DNA of 64,000 nt from Minisyncoccota bacterium (GTDB lineage: Bacteria; Patescibacteriota; Minisyncoccia; Phycocordibacterales; JAQTLZ01). The stretch spans positions 7,656 through 71,655 of the forward strand of contig JAQTSY010000005.1 of the NCBI GenBank assembly GCA_028711065.1. Direction: 5' to 3'. Under the pieces are notes generated by a model, which ran no database searches, was not told where the DNA came from, and saw only the letters and a program-made list of their open reading frames with translations. How positions within the stretch are numbered: the stretch's first letter is position 1; each line of letters opens with the position of its first letter. Both the position numbers and the translations under genes were made by a program. This document shows positions 28,147 through 38,281 of this stretch, one piece after another.

Positions 28147-29649
28147 TTATTTGCCATTCCCTCCTCCATTCCGCATAAATTTCTTCTTGAGCCGTATGGT
28201 GGTCTTGTAAAGCTCAATATATTTTTGCGCTGGAATGATCCATGAATTCGCCTGTTGGAGGCAGAAGACGACAAGGTCTCGCCATGTATCTTTGTATTTA
28301 TACGTTTCAAGGGCCCGGACGATGGCGATCAAAAGATTTCCGGAGTCGTATCTCGGAAAAGTAAAGCCATTTCCAGTCTGCTCGTACGGATCAAAATCGG
28401 TGATGGTATCAGCAAGCCCGCCGATATGGTGAACGATCGGGATACAGCCGTAGCGGAGGGCGATGAGCTGATTGAGACCGCACGGTTCAAAACGCGATGG
28501 CAAAAGAAACATATCGGAGCCGGCGTAGAGAGACGTCTCCATATTACTATCAAAAGGTATGAAAGCGAATTTCTTGGGAAATTCTTTTTCGACAGACAAA
28601 AGCATATCGCTCAAAGCCTTATCTCCATCTCCCATGATGATGATCTGCGCATTCAAGCGCAAAATAGTAGAGACCACCAAAGAAAAAAGATCGAATCCTT
28701 TCTGATTGGTAATGCGGGACGTCATGCAGATGAGCGGGACTGACTCATCGACTTCCAGACCGTACTTTTTCTGAATATAAAGCTTATTATCTTTTTTTCT
28801 TCCAGCAGACTTGTCACTGTAATGCTGAACGAGACCGGGATCAGTCAGGGGGTTGTAGTCGTCGTAATCAATACCGTTTACGATTCCAAAGACAATTTTC
28901 TCGCGATTTTTAAGAACACGATTCAATTCCTGGCCGAAGTCCTTGGTCATGATTTCCTCTCGATACGTCTCTGATACGGTATTGATCGCATCGGCGTTCA
29001 TAATTGCTCGTTTGGCGAAATTGATCTTTTCAACCCTATCCACGTCGTCGAAAGTCGGCAATGAAGAAGTTCCGGGATCTCGCTCCCCTTCAGGAATTGC
29101 CCACCAGTCGTGGCCCAGCTGGAATGCAAGATTATGTATCGTGAAAAGGCATGCGGTGTCATGCCAAAATTCGTCTTTTTTATATCTGCCTCGCAAAAAA
29201 TAAGGAATGAGCCCTGTGTGCCAATCGTGACAATGAAGCACATTCGCTTTCAGATTGAGAAGTTTCAGAAGATGGAGCGCTGCCACATCGAAGAAAAAGA
29301 AGCGGGCGTTGTCGTTTACGGCACCGTAGAGAGTATTTCGTTCGCCGAAAAATTTCTTGCTCGCGACGAAATACACGGGAACATCGCTTGAAGGAAGCAT
29401 TCCCTTCAAGAAACTAACTTCTTCCCAAATGCCGGGAGAAAGTTCTACGTGTTCATTTTCTGCAACAACCTCAAGCGTCTGACCTTCGACGTTGATGATA
29501 TTCTCGTAGTAAGGAGTGATAATGAGAACGTTATGGCCAAGCTCTCGATGAGCGCGAGGAAGGGAGCCTCCAATCGTGGCTAAACCGCCGCTTTTGGAGA
29601 ATGGCTGGACTTCAGAGATGATATGGGCGATCGTAAGTCGTTGGCGCAT
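28147..29649 (-). CDS. glgA: Glycogen/starch synthase (GT5)
   Basis: Conserved KSGGLATIGGSLP motif (compare K[TS]GGL.DV), about 490 aa, and the GT-B C-terminal region. The start is at the internal Met (MRQRL). Confidence 0.8.
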   Translation of the reverse strand: MRQRLTIAHIISEVQPFSKSGGLATIGGSLPRAHRELGHNVLIITPYYENIINVEGQTLEVVAENEHVELSPGIWEEVSFLKGMLPSSDVPVYFVASKKFFGERNTLYGAVNDNARFFFFDVAALHLLKLLNLKANVLHCHDWHTGLIPYFLRGRYKKDEFWHDTACLFTIHNLAFQLGHDWWAIPEGERDPGTSSLPTFDDVDRVEKINFAKRAIMNADAINTVSETYREEIMTKDFGQELNRVLKNREKIVFGIVNGIDYDDYNPLTDPGLVQHYSDKSAGRKKDNKLYIQKKYGLEVDESVPLICMTSRITNQKGFDLFSLVVSTILRLNAQIIIMGDGDKALSDMLLSVEKEFPKKFAFIPFDSNMETSLYAGSDMFLLPSRFEPCGLNQLIALRYGCIPIVHHIGGLADTITDFDPYEQTGNGFTFPRYDSGNLLIAIVRALETYKYKDTWRDLVVFCLQQANSWIIPAQKYIELYKTTIRLKKKFMRNGGGNGK

Positions 29650-29704
29650 AAAATGTGCAAGTGGGTACAATAATACCACATTTTCGGCCTATTTCAAAGG
29701 AGCA

Positions 29705-30148
29705 TCAACGAGTGCGGATCGGGTGGAGATGAGCAGCAATACCTATAGCTGCCGCAATAATAGCGATGTTTTTGATGATATATTGGCCTTCGAGAGTGGG
29801 GACCAAAACTGACGTCCAGACCATTTTCGGCAAGATAAAAAGGGGAAGAACGGTGGTGATCATGTGGATGAAAAGAAGCGGAATGACTACCCTCTCGAGT
29901 CCAGGGATAAGAAAAAGAATTCCGATAAGCATTTCAAAGAGGCCAAAGAATATAAGAAATGTCGGCGGATCCATGAAAGGCATGGTTGAGTGAAGGAGCG
30001 TCTTCACCATAACTGACGCTGGACTAAGCCCCAGAACTTTTAAAGCTCCGAACCAAAAGAAAACCAGAAAAATAGAAAACCTTGCGAGAGGAATAGAAAT
30101 CTTCCTAAGAAAATGAAGGATCTTAAGGTCAATTTTCCTAATGTTCAT
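29705..30148 (-). CDS. Small integral membrane protein (hypothetical)
   Basis: Four predicted TM helices. The start was trimmed to MNIRKIDLK to avoid overlap with the divergent bcp gene. Confidence 0.35.
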   Translation of the reverse strand: MNIRKIDLKILHFLRKISIPLARFSIFLVFFWFGALKVLGLSPASVMVKTLLHSTMPFMDPPTFLIFFGLFEMLIGILFLIPGLERVVIPLLFIHMITTVLPLFILPKMVWTSVLVPTLEGQYIIKNIAIIAAAIGIAAHLHPIRTR

Positions 30149-30170
30149 GCTTTTATTGTATACTGTCCTT

Positions 30171-30611
30171 ATGCTCGAAACAAACACACAAGCCCCAGAT
30201 TTCACCCTCCCCGATCAAAATGGAAAGGTACATACTCTTTCGGGGTATAAAGGGCAGTACATTCTTGTGTATTTCTATCCCGAAGATGATACCCCAGGCT
30301 GTATCAAGGAGGCCTGCGCAATCAGAGAGGTGTACGGAGATTTTGAAAAAAATAATATAAAAGTTTTCGGAATCAGCGCCGATACAGTAGACAGCCACAA
30401 AAAATTTGAAGAAAAATATGGACTCCCCTTTACACTTCTTTCCGACCCAGAGAAAAAGGTCATTCTGCCCTATGGCTCGGGCACAATTCTGACAAAAAGA
30501 ATTTCATATCTCATTAATCCTGAAGGAGTAATCGTCAAAGCATACCCGAAAGTGGATCCCGTCCATCACGGAGAAGAAATACTGAAAGACGTTTATGCTC
30601 TCTCAAAATAA
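30171..30611 (+). CDS. bcp: Peroxiredoxin Bcp (thiol peroxidase, AhpC/TSA family)
   Basis: FYPEDDTPGCIKEAC with the peroxidatic Cys in a TPGC context. About 146 aa. Confidence 0.8.
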   Translation: MLETNTQAPDFTLPDQNGKVHTLSGYKGQYILVYFYPEDDTPGCIKEACAIREVYGDFEKNNIKVFGISADTVDSHKKFEEKYGLPFTLLSDPEKKVILPYGSGTILTKRISYLINPEGVIVKAYPKVDPVHHGEEILKDVYALSK

Positions 30612-30624
30612 AACGGGAGGAGAT

Positions 30625-31020
30625 CTAAATCACACCTTGCCTCTTTTTCGCAAGAAACATATCGAAAGATAATTCCGGAGCATCTGCCATTGCGATAGAG
30701 AGTGTCGCCAGTGCTAATCCGACATCTCTTATCGCGACCGAGCCATATCCTAGCGTGTATGCGATATCAAAAATATGAAGCGCTAAAACAAGAGCGACAA
30801 TTCTTGTTTGAAATCCGACGAGAAGCGCGATACCAAAGATGATCTCAAACCAGCTGTTTATCGCAATGAGAGTAAGCGGAGCGAATGGCAGAGATGTCGT
30901 CCAGGGAGGCAATATCTTCACCCACATTTGAGGATGGAGAAGCTGTTGCGTTCCGAACCACAAAAGCACGAAACTAATCGCAATACGAAGCACAAGTGGA
31001 GCATATTTTTTCATATTCAT
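30625..31020 (-). CDS. DoxX-family membrane protein
   Basis: 131 aa, 4 TM segments, LRIAISFVLLWFGTQQL-type DoxX start. Confidence 0.55.
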   Translation of the reverse strand: MNMKKYAPLVLRIAISFVLLWFGTQQLLHPQMWVKILPPWTTSLPFAPLTLIAINSWFEIIFGIALLVGFQTRIVALVLALHIFDIAYTLGYGSVAIRDVGLALATLSIAMADAPELSFDMFLAKKRQGVI

Positions 31021-31033
31021 ATTATAAAATACA

Positions 31034-31447
31034 TTACTTCAAAACTCCAATAAGAAATGTCGCAAGCTCTCTCTCCGGACGTCCTTGTCCTCCATGCATA
31101 GCCATAAAAGCACTCGTACCATCTTTCCCGCAGATGGAAAGAATCGCATCACGCCCACCAGGGTGCTGGTCTATCCACATTGTCAAATCATACACATTGC
31201 CATTAATTGTCGTATAACAGCTAGTCGCGTCACTATGCGCCGATACATCTGCCAAAGTGTACTGTTTCGGACCACTCGAGACAGGAGAAGCTGCAGTAGT
31301 CGCCCCCGGAGTAGAGGAAACTGCAGGCACTTGAGTTGGAGTTGGCACCGTAAGATCAGGAGGAATGGAAGTTTGATTTGAAAACAAAAAGATACCCCCA
31401 ACGAGTAGAAGCACGACGATAATGGCTACAATGACATAAGATTTCAT
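31034..31447 (-). CDS. Membrane-anchored cytochrome b5-like heme-binding domain protein
   Basis: N-terminal TM, Thr/Pro linker, then YDLTMWIDQHPGG (b5 HPGG motif). Confidence 0.65.
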   Translation of the reverse strand: MKSYVIVAIIVVLLLVGGIFLFSNQTSIPPDLTVPTPTQVPAVSSTPGATTAASPVSSGPKQYTLADVSAHSDATSCYTTINGNVYDLTMWIDQHPGGRDAILSICGKDGTSAFMAMHGGQGRPERELATFLIGVLK

Positions 31448-31495
31448 AATAATAGCGAATATGTATACGATTATACCAGAAAATATGGTGCAAAC

Positions 31496-32125
31496 TTATT
31501 TCCTACTTGAGAGAGCAACTTTGATACCGAGAAGAATAAGCACGGCACCAGTAACTCGCTCAATATGATGCTGTACTTTTGAAATCTTTTCTTTGATAAG
31601 CGGATTTGAGAAAAATACAGAAACGAGAGAGAACCAAAGGAAGGTCATCACCACCATCTCTACGCCGTAAAGGCCTTCAATAAGTCTTGGTGTCCCGGGA
31701 TTTATGACTTGAGTGAAAAGGGCCAGCATGAAAAGTGTTGCTTTCGGATTTAATACATTCGTAAGAAATCCGATTCGAATCGCAGACAGTGGACTGATTT
31801 CTTTTTCTGCTTTCAGAATCTCTTCCGCTTTTTCTGCTTGGGGCTTTGCTCGGAGAGATTTATATCCAATATAAATAAGATACCCCGCGCCCAGATATTT
31901 TATAACATTAAATAAAAGAATGGATTGTGAAATGAGAAGCCCAATACCCAAGAGACAATAGGTGACGTGTACTGCAATTCCAAACCCCAACCCAAGAGAG
32001 GTATAGACTCCCACTTTCCTCGAATAAACAAGGCTGTTTCTTGTTACCATGACAAAATCAGGTCCGGGACTCATGACCGCAAGAAGATGGACTATAACAA
32101 CAGTAAAAAATTGGGCTAAATACAT
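31496..32125 (-). CDS. LysE/RhtB-family amino-acid exporter
   Basis: 209 aa, 6 TM segments, SPGPDFV motif near the N-terminus. Confidence 0.75.
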   Translation of the reverse strand: MYLAQFFTVVIVHLLAVMSPGPDFVMVTRNSLVYSRKVGVYTSLGLGFGIAVHVTYCLLGIGLLISQSILLFNVIKYLGAGYLIYIGYKSLRAKPQAEKAEEILKAEKEISPLSAIRIGFLTNVLNPKATLFMLALFTQVINPGTPRLIEGLYGVEMVVMTFLWFSLVSVFFSNPLIKEKISKVQHHIERVTGAVLILLGIKVALSSRK

Positions 32126-32167
32126 ATTTTTATCATAAAGATATTTCCAACAAGAGTCAAAGAAAGA

Positions 32168-32848
32168 CTAAGACCACGCTGGCTTTATGCCAAGTTCAGG
32201 TATCGCAAGATGCTCCGGAGTTTCAAGTATAAATTCCATAGCGCGTGCTACTTCTTCCGGTTCCATGCCACTTGTGAGATCTCTTTTTGAATTCTGTTTT
32301 TTCCAGAAAGCAGTCTTTATGAGCCCTGGGAAAAAGCCGACAACAGAAATCCCGAAGGGTTTGCAATCCATAGTAAGCGATTTTGTAAATCCGGTAATAG
32401 CCCACTTGGAAGTGTTATAGACAACGCGCTCGCTCGTTGCCGTGAGCCCCGCTTGAGAAATCACATTAATAATTCTTCCTTTTTTCTCTTTTTTCATGAA
32501 GGGTAAGACTGCTTTCGTAAGAAACATGGTTCCGACTGTATTCACATTCATCACCCGCTGAATATCTTCCGGAGTATTGTTTTCGATAGAACCTTCAACC
32601 AATATTCCTGCGTTGTTGATAAGATAATCGATCGTTTTATATTTCCCGATCACTCCTGCGACAGCTTTCTCAAGAGTTTTGTAATCAGAAACATCGCCAA
32701 TTACATGATCACAGCCGATTTCTTTCGCTACTTCAGAAGTCTTCTTTTCATCTCGGCACAAAATGATCACCTTATATTTCTTTGCAAACTTTTCTGCCAT
32801 AGCTCTCCCCAACCCTTCGCTTCCGCCGGAAATAAGAATTGTCTTCAT
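32168..32848 (-). CDS. Short-chain dehydrogenase/reductase (SDR)
   Basis: ISGGSEGLG cofactor-binding motif and NNAG. Confidence 0.8.
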   Translation of the reverse strand: MKTILISGGSEGLGRAMAEKFAKKYKVIILCRDEKKTSEVAKEIGCDHVIGDVSDYKTLEKAVAGVIGKYKTIDYLINNAGILVEGSIENNTPEDIQRVMNVNTVGTMFLTKAVLPFMKKEKKGRIINVISQAGLTATSERVVYNTSKWAITGFTKSLTMDCKPFGISVVGFFPGLIKTAFWKKQNSKRDLTSGMEPEEVARAMEFILETPEHLAIPELGIKPAWS

Positions 32849-32849
32849 A

Positions 32850-33362
32850 TTATTTTATGACTTTATAATGCAGCTGAATTTCATTATCGGTGATCTTCTT
32901 AGAATCGATAAATTCAAGTTTCTTCTCGAAATCCAAACCATTGAAAAGAGGGATACCTTTCCCTAAGAGGGTCGGCTCGATATCAAGATACATTTCGTCT
33001 ACCAAATTCTCTGAGAGAAATGAGGCGTTGAGAACCCCGCCGCCAGCAACGATGACTGTCTTAAAATTTCTTAATAATTCAAGAGCTTCTTTGGGAGAAT
33101 GCGCAATCGAATGACTAGCGCTTAAAAGTTTAAAATCATTATGCGAAACGGCAATTATTTTAACTCCCGCTTCAAGAAATTCACGAAACTCTGAACCCTT
33201 TGAAAGTACCTCATAAGTTCTCCGTCCCACAACAAGGGCGCCGGACTGAGAAACCACGGCCACATAATTCAACAACTCTTCTTTTGTTAAGAAATCGGCC
33301 GAATCATCTTTTTTAGCAATCAGACCATTCGGAGTTATGCCCATATAGAGAATTACTTTCAT
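32850..33362 (-). CDS. Dihydrofolate-reductase-like protein (RibD C-terminal domain family)
   Basis: 170 aa, MKVILYMGITPNGLIAKKDD... typical of the RibD_C/DHFR-like family. Confidence 0.65.
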   Translation of the reverse strand: MKVILYMGITPNGLIAKKDDSADFLTKEELLNYVAVVSQSGALVVGRRTYEVLSKGSEFREFLEAGVKIIAVSHNDFKLLSASHSIAHSPKEALELLRNFKTVIVAGGGVLNASFLSENLVDEMYLDIEPTLLGKGIPLFNGLDFEKKLEFIDSKKITDNEIQLHYKVIK

Positions 33363-33391
33363 GATAGAAAATTATAGCAGATAGGTCATTT

Positions 33392-33964
33392 TTATGCTTT
33401 TTGCCGGCCAAGAAGTATTGCGCCAGTAATCGCAAGATTAATTAAAAATATGTAGACAGGAAAGGCAAGAAGAACGAGATTAAAATTCCCAACTGCAAGA
33501 ATTGCGAAAAAACCACTTAAAAAATTTAGAACCCAGGCTAATATCGGTTCAGTAGTCGGATGTTCATAAGACTTAATCATTGTGAGCAAGCCCCCAGTAG
33601 CATCAATGAAAATGGCGACAAAAAGCGCTACAGCTGGTTCATTGGTTACATACCAAAGTATCAGACTTATGACAACTGCACAGAGTGCAATTTTATCTCT
33701 CTTTTGCATGCCCCCCATTCCGTATTTTGTTGCGAAGAAAAAGACCACAAGATCTCCCAATCCTTGGGTAGCGGGAAGCCAAAGAGAATGAGTTGCTCCT
33801 TTCACTAATTGCGTAAAAAAAGAAATACCTCCAAGGAGCGCCCAAATAAACCAAGAAGCTCGCTCCGGTCTCGTCTCATGCCTCAAAATCCCCACAATGT
33901 AGGGAATAAAAGCCACCGTCATGAAAATACCAGAAAGGTAACCGGAGTACTGGCTAAGCATCAT
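33392..33964 (-). CDS. Integral membrane protein (hypothetical)
   Basis: 190 aa with about 6 TM segments and no recognisable motif. Confidence 0.3.
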   Translation of the reverse strand: MMLSQYSGYLSGIFMTVAFIPYIVGILRHETRPERASWFIWALLGGISFFTQLVKGATHSLWLPATQGLGDLVVFFFATKYGMGGMQKRDKIALCAVVISLILWYVTNEPAVALFVAIFIDATGGLLTMIKSYEHPTTEPILAWVLNFLSGFFAILAVGNFNLVLLAFPVYIFLINLAITGAILLGRQKA

Positions 33965-34401
33965 TTGATTATACCATCCCCAAAAGGAAGTCTTTTCAAG
34001 AATAATTCAATCTGATTTTTATGACCAAAAAAGAGTTCTTTCGGAAGATTCTTCAAATCAAACCATTTCCATTCGTAACAAAGTTCTGGTTCGGTAAGCT
34101 TCACTTCCCCCTTTACCCCTTCTGCGATCATGCCAACTTGAACATAATGGCGATTGTTCGTCGGGCCATTGTCGTTCGCAAGATTTGTAAACGTAAATTT
34201 CTCCGCTTCAAGCGAGGTCTCTTCTTTGAGTTCCCTCCTAGCGCAGTCAATCATATTCTCCCCAGTTTCAAGATGTCCTCCGGGAAGTCCCCAGAGTCCG
34301 TCGCCAGAAGTGTTCTTGCGCTGACCAAGCAAAAGTTTTCCGTCTTTTATAACGAAGACGTTTACACCAACTGGAAAAGTGGGACGTTCCTGCATAAACA
34401 T
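33961..34401 (-). CDS. NUDIX hydrolase
   Basis: Nudix box GGHLETGENMIDCARRELKEETSL. Confidence 0.8.
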   Translation of the reverse strand: MFMQERPTFPVGVNVFVIKDGKLLLGQRKNTSGDGLWGLPGGHLETGENMIDCARRELKEETSLEAEKFTFTNLANDNGPTNNRHYVQVGMIAEGVKGEVKLTEPELCYEWKWFDLKNLPKELFFGHKNQIELFLKRLPFGDGIIK

Positions 34402-35309
34402 TAATTCGAATTTGCTAGTAAAAGCTCCGTGAGATTTTCTCCTTTGAGATATACATCCATGATCTTCTCATGTAAAGTATACCTCCATTTTTGTATGTTC
34501 GGCCACTTTTCCATTCGGACTACCGACCAAACGCTTCGGCAAAAAATAAAGTCGTTTGCATAATCAGATAGTTTCGGAAGTCCTTTTGATTCATAGAGAG
34601 CGTCAATTTCGCTCCAGTAAAGTCCGACCTGCTGTTTTGAAAAAACATATTTCCCCATGTATTCATAATTCCCTTCGTGTGGAAAGAAAAAGATCTGGGT
34701 TATATTCGTCACCAAATCATAGCCAGCAGGAGCATGCGCGGTGCGTTCCCAGTCAATAACACCTTTCTCGAAAATATTGTGCGGATTAAAATCACCATGA
34801 GTAATGACGGTCGGTAGTTCTTTAATGTGGCTTTCCACTTTTTTCATGCAGCTTTCCGATTTCTCTTTAAGATGCGGAGCTTCTTTGAGAATAGTTTCGA
34901 ATTGAATAAGTTTCTGAAACGCTTCTTCATTGAAAGGATCTTTTGAAGCGGTTTGAAGCTGTGCTTCGGCATACTTTTTTGTTATTGCCAGGAGGCTCTG
35001 GAAAAGAAAGTCTGAAACTGATCCATTTTTAGCGAAATCTTCGGCGCAAAGCTGGCCGAAATGAAATTCGCCGAGAGAATTTTCGATAAAATAGCTTTTG
35101 TCTTCGTACTGCCCCTCAGAAATGATTCTTGCCATTGGGTAGCCAAAATGGACCAACTTTTTATGAAATTGAACTTCCTTCTCGATCAATTCTTTCGGAC
35201 CAATACGAAGGAATGTCCCGTTCCCTTTATAAATAGAAACGGGGACTTGATGCCTTGTACGCACATGAGTGTAGGACTTTCCTAGAACCGTAATTTCAGG
35301 TTTTTCCAT
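34401..35309 (-). CDS. Aminoglycoside/choline-kinase-like phosphotransferase (APH fold)
   Basis: ITHGDFNPHNIF catalytic-loop motif and DWERTAHAPAGYD. Confidence 0.6.
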   Translation of the reverse strand: MEKPEITVLGKSYTHVRTRHQVPVSIYKGNGTFLRIGPKELIEKEVQFHKKLVHFGYPMARIISEGQYEDKSYFIENSLGEFHFGQLCAEDFAKNGSVSDFLFQSLLAITKKYAEAQLQTASKDPFNEEAFQKLIQFETILKEAPHLKEKSESCMKKVESHIKELPTVITHGDFNPHNIFEKGVIDWERTAHAPAGYDLVTNITQIFFFPHEGNYEYMGKYVFSKQQVGLYWSEIDALYESKGLPKLSDYANDFIFCRSVWSVVRMEKWPNIQKWRYTLHEKIMDVYLKGENLTELLLANSN

Positions 35310-35336
35310 TGGAACACAATATCACATTCCCGGAAA

Positions 35337-36668
35337 TTACTGATACTGTATGAAGCTTGGCCGAGGAATAAGCTTTAGAACTTCAGCAGGCGTCATCATT
35401 CGAGGACTCGGCGGTAAAATATCATTTTTATAGAAAAGTTTGAAGCCGGTGAATTGCACTGGGTTTAGATATTCATACGCATTATAGGTACCCATTTTTT
35501 TCCCTGGAGAGCCCCAACCGTCCATATCCATGACAACCTGCACTTCAGGAAGCGGTTTGATCTGCTTATAATTCGTCACCATTGCTTGGGTGTAGCGATG
35601 GACGATGAGCACTTTTGGCGGCAAATTATTTGCGCGGACTAGTCCCGCCAAATAATTTGCCGCCCAGTTTATATCTGTCGCATCCACAGTTCCCACGACA
35701 GTCCCCGGTCTCGCCTTGCTTGGCGCCATGGCAAATTCTGGATCAATCGCCAAGTGCACCTGTGGCATTTTCAAATATTTTTCAAGAAGCGGGACTTCTG
35801 TCTGTACCGTCGAGAGCCCGACTTGAACTTCGAGAATCACGATACCATTCACTTGGGAAGCAAGGTCAAGCGCGTGATCCATCTGGCTCGAAGGCATTCT
35901 CGCTCGATATTTTCCATCCGCCCCCGCACTTCCCTGCGCCGTCACGGCAATGTAGTCGATAGCGGGCATTACAGGGGTAACTGGATCGGCAATCTCCCAC
36001 TTGTGTATTTCACCTTGGAGCTTTGCGAGCATTTCAGCAGGAGGATACTGGCCAAGAACTCCCATGCCTTTCGCGTAGAAATTTCCGTAGTAAGCGATGA
36101 TGCGCTTGAATGGCAAGATGGCCCCACCAAGCGGGTAGAGAGGCTTTCCATCTGCATTTAGAATTTTTACCGGCCACAATTTGGGAACAACCCTCGGCAC
36201 TGTGGTGGTAGCTTTTTTTGTCGTCGAAGTGCCCACAAGGGTAGGCGTGGGAATAGTAGAAGAACCAATTTGAGTTCCATTATTCGCGAGTATCGCCATT
36301 CTTCTGTCGTAATCAACAAAATCTAGAACAATCGGGGTTGGGGTAGGCGAATCAGTAGATTCGGGGCTTGGCCCAAAACTATTTCTGATTTTCGAAATCG
36401 GCTTATAGTCAGCTACCACGTAGTTATTTTGACCAGGCAGCCAATTGGTATACCCCACAACGTATACGACAAAAATACCCACAAGAGAACAAAATGCCAC
36501 TATAAGAATAGGGAGCAGAACTTTCCTCGCTTTATTCTTCTTTTTCTTTTCCGTAGAAATAGTAAATGAAAAAAAATTTGTAAATGCTTTGCTTAGTGTA
36601 CCATATCTTTTTCCGCAACTGCCTTTCGCAAATACTCTTTGCATTCCTTGAAACACTCTTCGCAGCAA
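35337..36668 (-). CDS. Membrane-anchored extracytoplasmic protein (hypothetical; TIM-barrel-like C-terminus possible)
   Basis: TM helix, then a Pro/Thr-rich linker (SPTPTPIVLD...TTKKATTTVPR), then a conserved-looking C-terminal domain. The annotated start overlaps trhO by 76 nt, so the real start is probably a downstream or non-ATG codon. Confidence 0.35.
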   Translation of the reverse strand: MLRRVFQGMQRVFAKGSCGKRYGTLSKAFTNFFSFTISTEKKKKNKARKVLLPILIVAFCSLVGIFVVYVVGYTNWLPGQNNYVVADYKPISKIRNSFGPSPESTDSPTPTPIVLDFVDYDRRMAILANNGTQIGSSTIPTPTLVGTSTTKKATTTVPRVVPKLWPVKILNADGKPLYPLGGAILPFKRIIAYYGNFYAKGMGVLGQYPPAEMLAKLQGEIHKWEIADPVTPVMPAIDYIAVTAQGSAGADGKYRARMPSSQMDHALDLASQVNGIVILEVQVGLSTVQTEVPLLEKYLKMPQVHLAIDPEFAMAPSKARPGTVVGTVDATDINWAANYLAGLVRANNLPPKVLIVHRYTQAMVTNYKQIKPLPEVQVVMDMDGWGSPGKKMGTYNAYEYLNPVQFTGFKLFYKNDILPPSPRMMTPAEVLKLIPRPSFIQYQ

Positions 36669-37468
36669 AGAAGTTTCGGAGAAGGGCGAAGCCTCGTATC
36701 AGAGCAATAATTTTCAGTTTGGGCTCCGCAAGAAAAACACTCTCCTATCGTAATTTTCTTCTCGGTTGGCGCGACATCAGTCGTCATTCTGTTATCAAAA
36801 ACAAAAAGCGTGCCCTTGAAATGTTTGCCGGGGTATTCTTGCATGTAGGTATGAATACCGTCTTTCAATTGATACACATTCTTGAACCCCTCACGTTTTA
36901 AAAGACATGTCGCCTTCTCGCATCGGATGCCTCCTGTGCATACTGTTACCACTTTTTTATCTTTAAGATCCGCGAGCTTGCCGAGCTTTTTCGGCAAATC
37001 ACGGAAATTCGATAATCCTGGATCGATCGTCTTGTCGAATTTCCCGCTTGCGATTTCATAATCATTGCGGAGATCAAGCACAACAAAATCTTCTTGGTCT
37101 TCGTACCATTTCTCTAATTCTGCCGAAGGAAGTGCTGGCGCTGTTTCATTTTTCACGTCAAATGTCCCCGCGCCGAGCGTGATGACCTCACTTCGAATTT
37201 TTATTTTTAATTTAGGAAATGCTTTTCCATCCCCTGCGCTTTCTTTTACCAAAATGTCGGAAAAAAATGGTTCGCTCCGAAGAAACGCTTTGTAAGCATC
37301 TATTGCTCCCCGAGTACCCTCGAACGTTGCATTGACGCCTTCTTCTGCGAGAAGCATGCGCCCAGAAAGTGAGAGCTCGGTACATTTTTCCCTGTGTGCC
37401 TCTGCTACTGTCTCCAGATTTGAGAGAGATCCAAATTTATAGAAAAGGATAACGACGTATTCTTTCAT
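36593..37468 (-). CDS. trhO: tRNA uridine(34) hydroxylase TrhO (rhodanese-domain, UPF0176/YceA family)
   Basis: N-terminal ILFYKF...LLAEEGVNATFEG and a rhodanese active-site CTGGIRCEK. Confidence 0.75.
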   Translation of the reverse strand: MKEYVVILFYKFGSLSNLETVAEAHREKCTELSLSGRMLLAEEGVNATFEGTRGAIDAYKAFLRSEPFFSDILVKESAGDGKAFPKLKIKIRSEVITLGAGTFDVKNETAPALPSAELEKWYEDQEDFVVLDLRNDYEIASGKFDKTIDPGLSNFRDLPKKLGKLADLKDKKVVTVCTGGIRCEKATCLLKREGFKNVYQLKDGIHTYMQEYPGKHFKGTLFVFDNRMTTDVAPTEKKITIGECFSCGAQTENYCSDTRLRPSPKLLCCEECFKECKEYLRKAVAEKDMVH

Positions 37469-37506
37469 ACCCGTACTCTAGCAAAATTTCAGCGAAACAG
37501 CCACAC

Positions 37507-38250
37507 TTATTTTTCTTTCATATAACTCTCGAATCCTGTGGTCATAACAGCCTGTCCGTCTTTGTCTATTTGATACGCCTCAAACCCAGGAAGTTTTTCT
37601 AAAAACTCAATTCCTCTCGTCCCCATTGCAAACGCGGCAGTGGCAAAACGATCAGCCTCATATACATTTGGTCCTATCACAGTAAGACTTAAAATTCCGT
37701 CTGAAGGTGCGGCTTTTTTTACGGGATCATAAATATGCGTCCCTCTTTTGTAAGTGCCAGATGTGGCCACTCCTTTATCGTCTAAATAAATAATCTTCAC
37801 AATATCCCCTCCTCTCTCGTCCTTTCTTTTAAATGGGTTTTCTATACCGACACTCCACAATCCTCCTACAGAATTCTTTCCGCTTACTTGGATATCTCCG
37901 CCGATCTCAACGTAAAAGTTTTTAATGCCTTTGCTTTTTATGATCTCTGACGCCTTCCATATCGCCCAGCCTTTCACCATCCCTGAGGGATCAATAAATC
38001 CTTTGGGCGTTACGATATCAAAGTATCCTTCTGTCTCTTTTCTTGTTTTTTCAGACAGAGCGATAACTTCTTTCATATCCGCGCTCCATTTCTCTTTTGG
38101 AATTTCTCGGCGATTGATGGCGCTTATCTCACTTGTAGTTTTATAAGTGCTAAACTTTTGATCAACATAAGTAAAATAGGAAAAAACTTCCTCGAAAATC
38201 CCCGGAATAATTTCCCTATCGTTTATATCGATGCCAACTGGCATTCCCAT
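37507..38250 (-). CDS. apbE: FAD:protein FMN transferase (ApbE family)
   Basis: IMGMPVGIDI, DPSGMVKGWA, EIGGDI, VATSGTYKRG are the ApbE motifs. The start was moved downstream to avoid overlap with the VOC gene. Confidence 0.7.
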   Translation of the reverse strand: MGMPVGIDINDREIIPGIFEEVFSYFTYVDQKFSTYKTTSEISAINRREIPKEKWSADMKEVIALSEKTRKETEGYFDIVTPKGFIDPSGMVKGWAIWKASEIIKSKGIKNFYVEIGGDIQVSGKNSVGGLWSVGIENPFKRKDERGGDIVKIIYLDDKGVATSGTYKRGTHIYDPVKKAAPSDGILSLTVIGPNVYEADRFATAAFAMGTRGIEFLEKLPGFEAYQIDKDGQAVMTTGFESYMKEK

Positions 38251-38281
38251 AATTATCTGTTTCTCTCGCATCAATTTTTCT

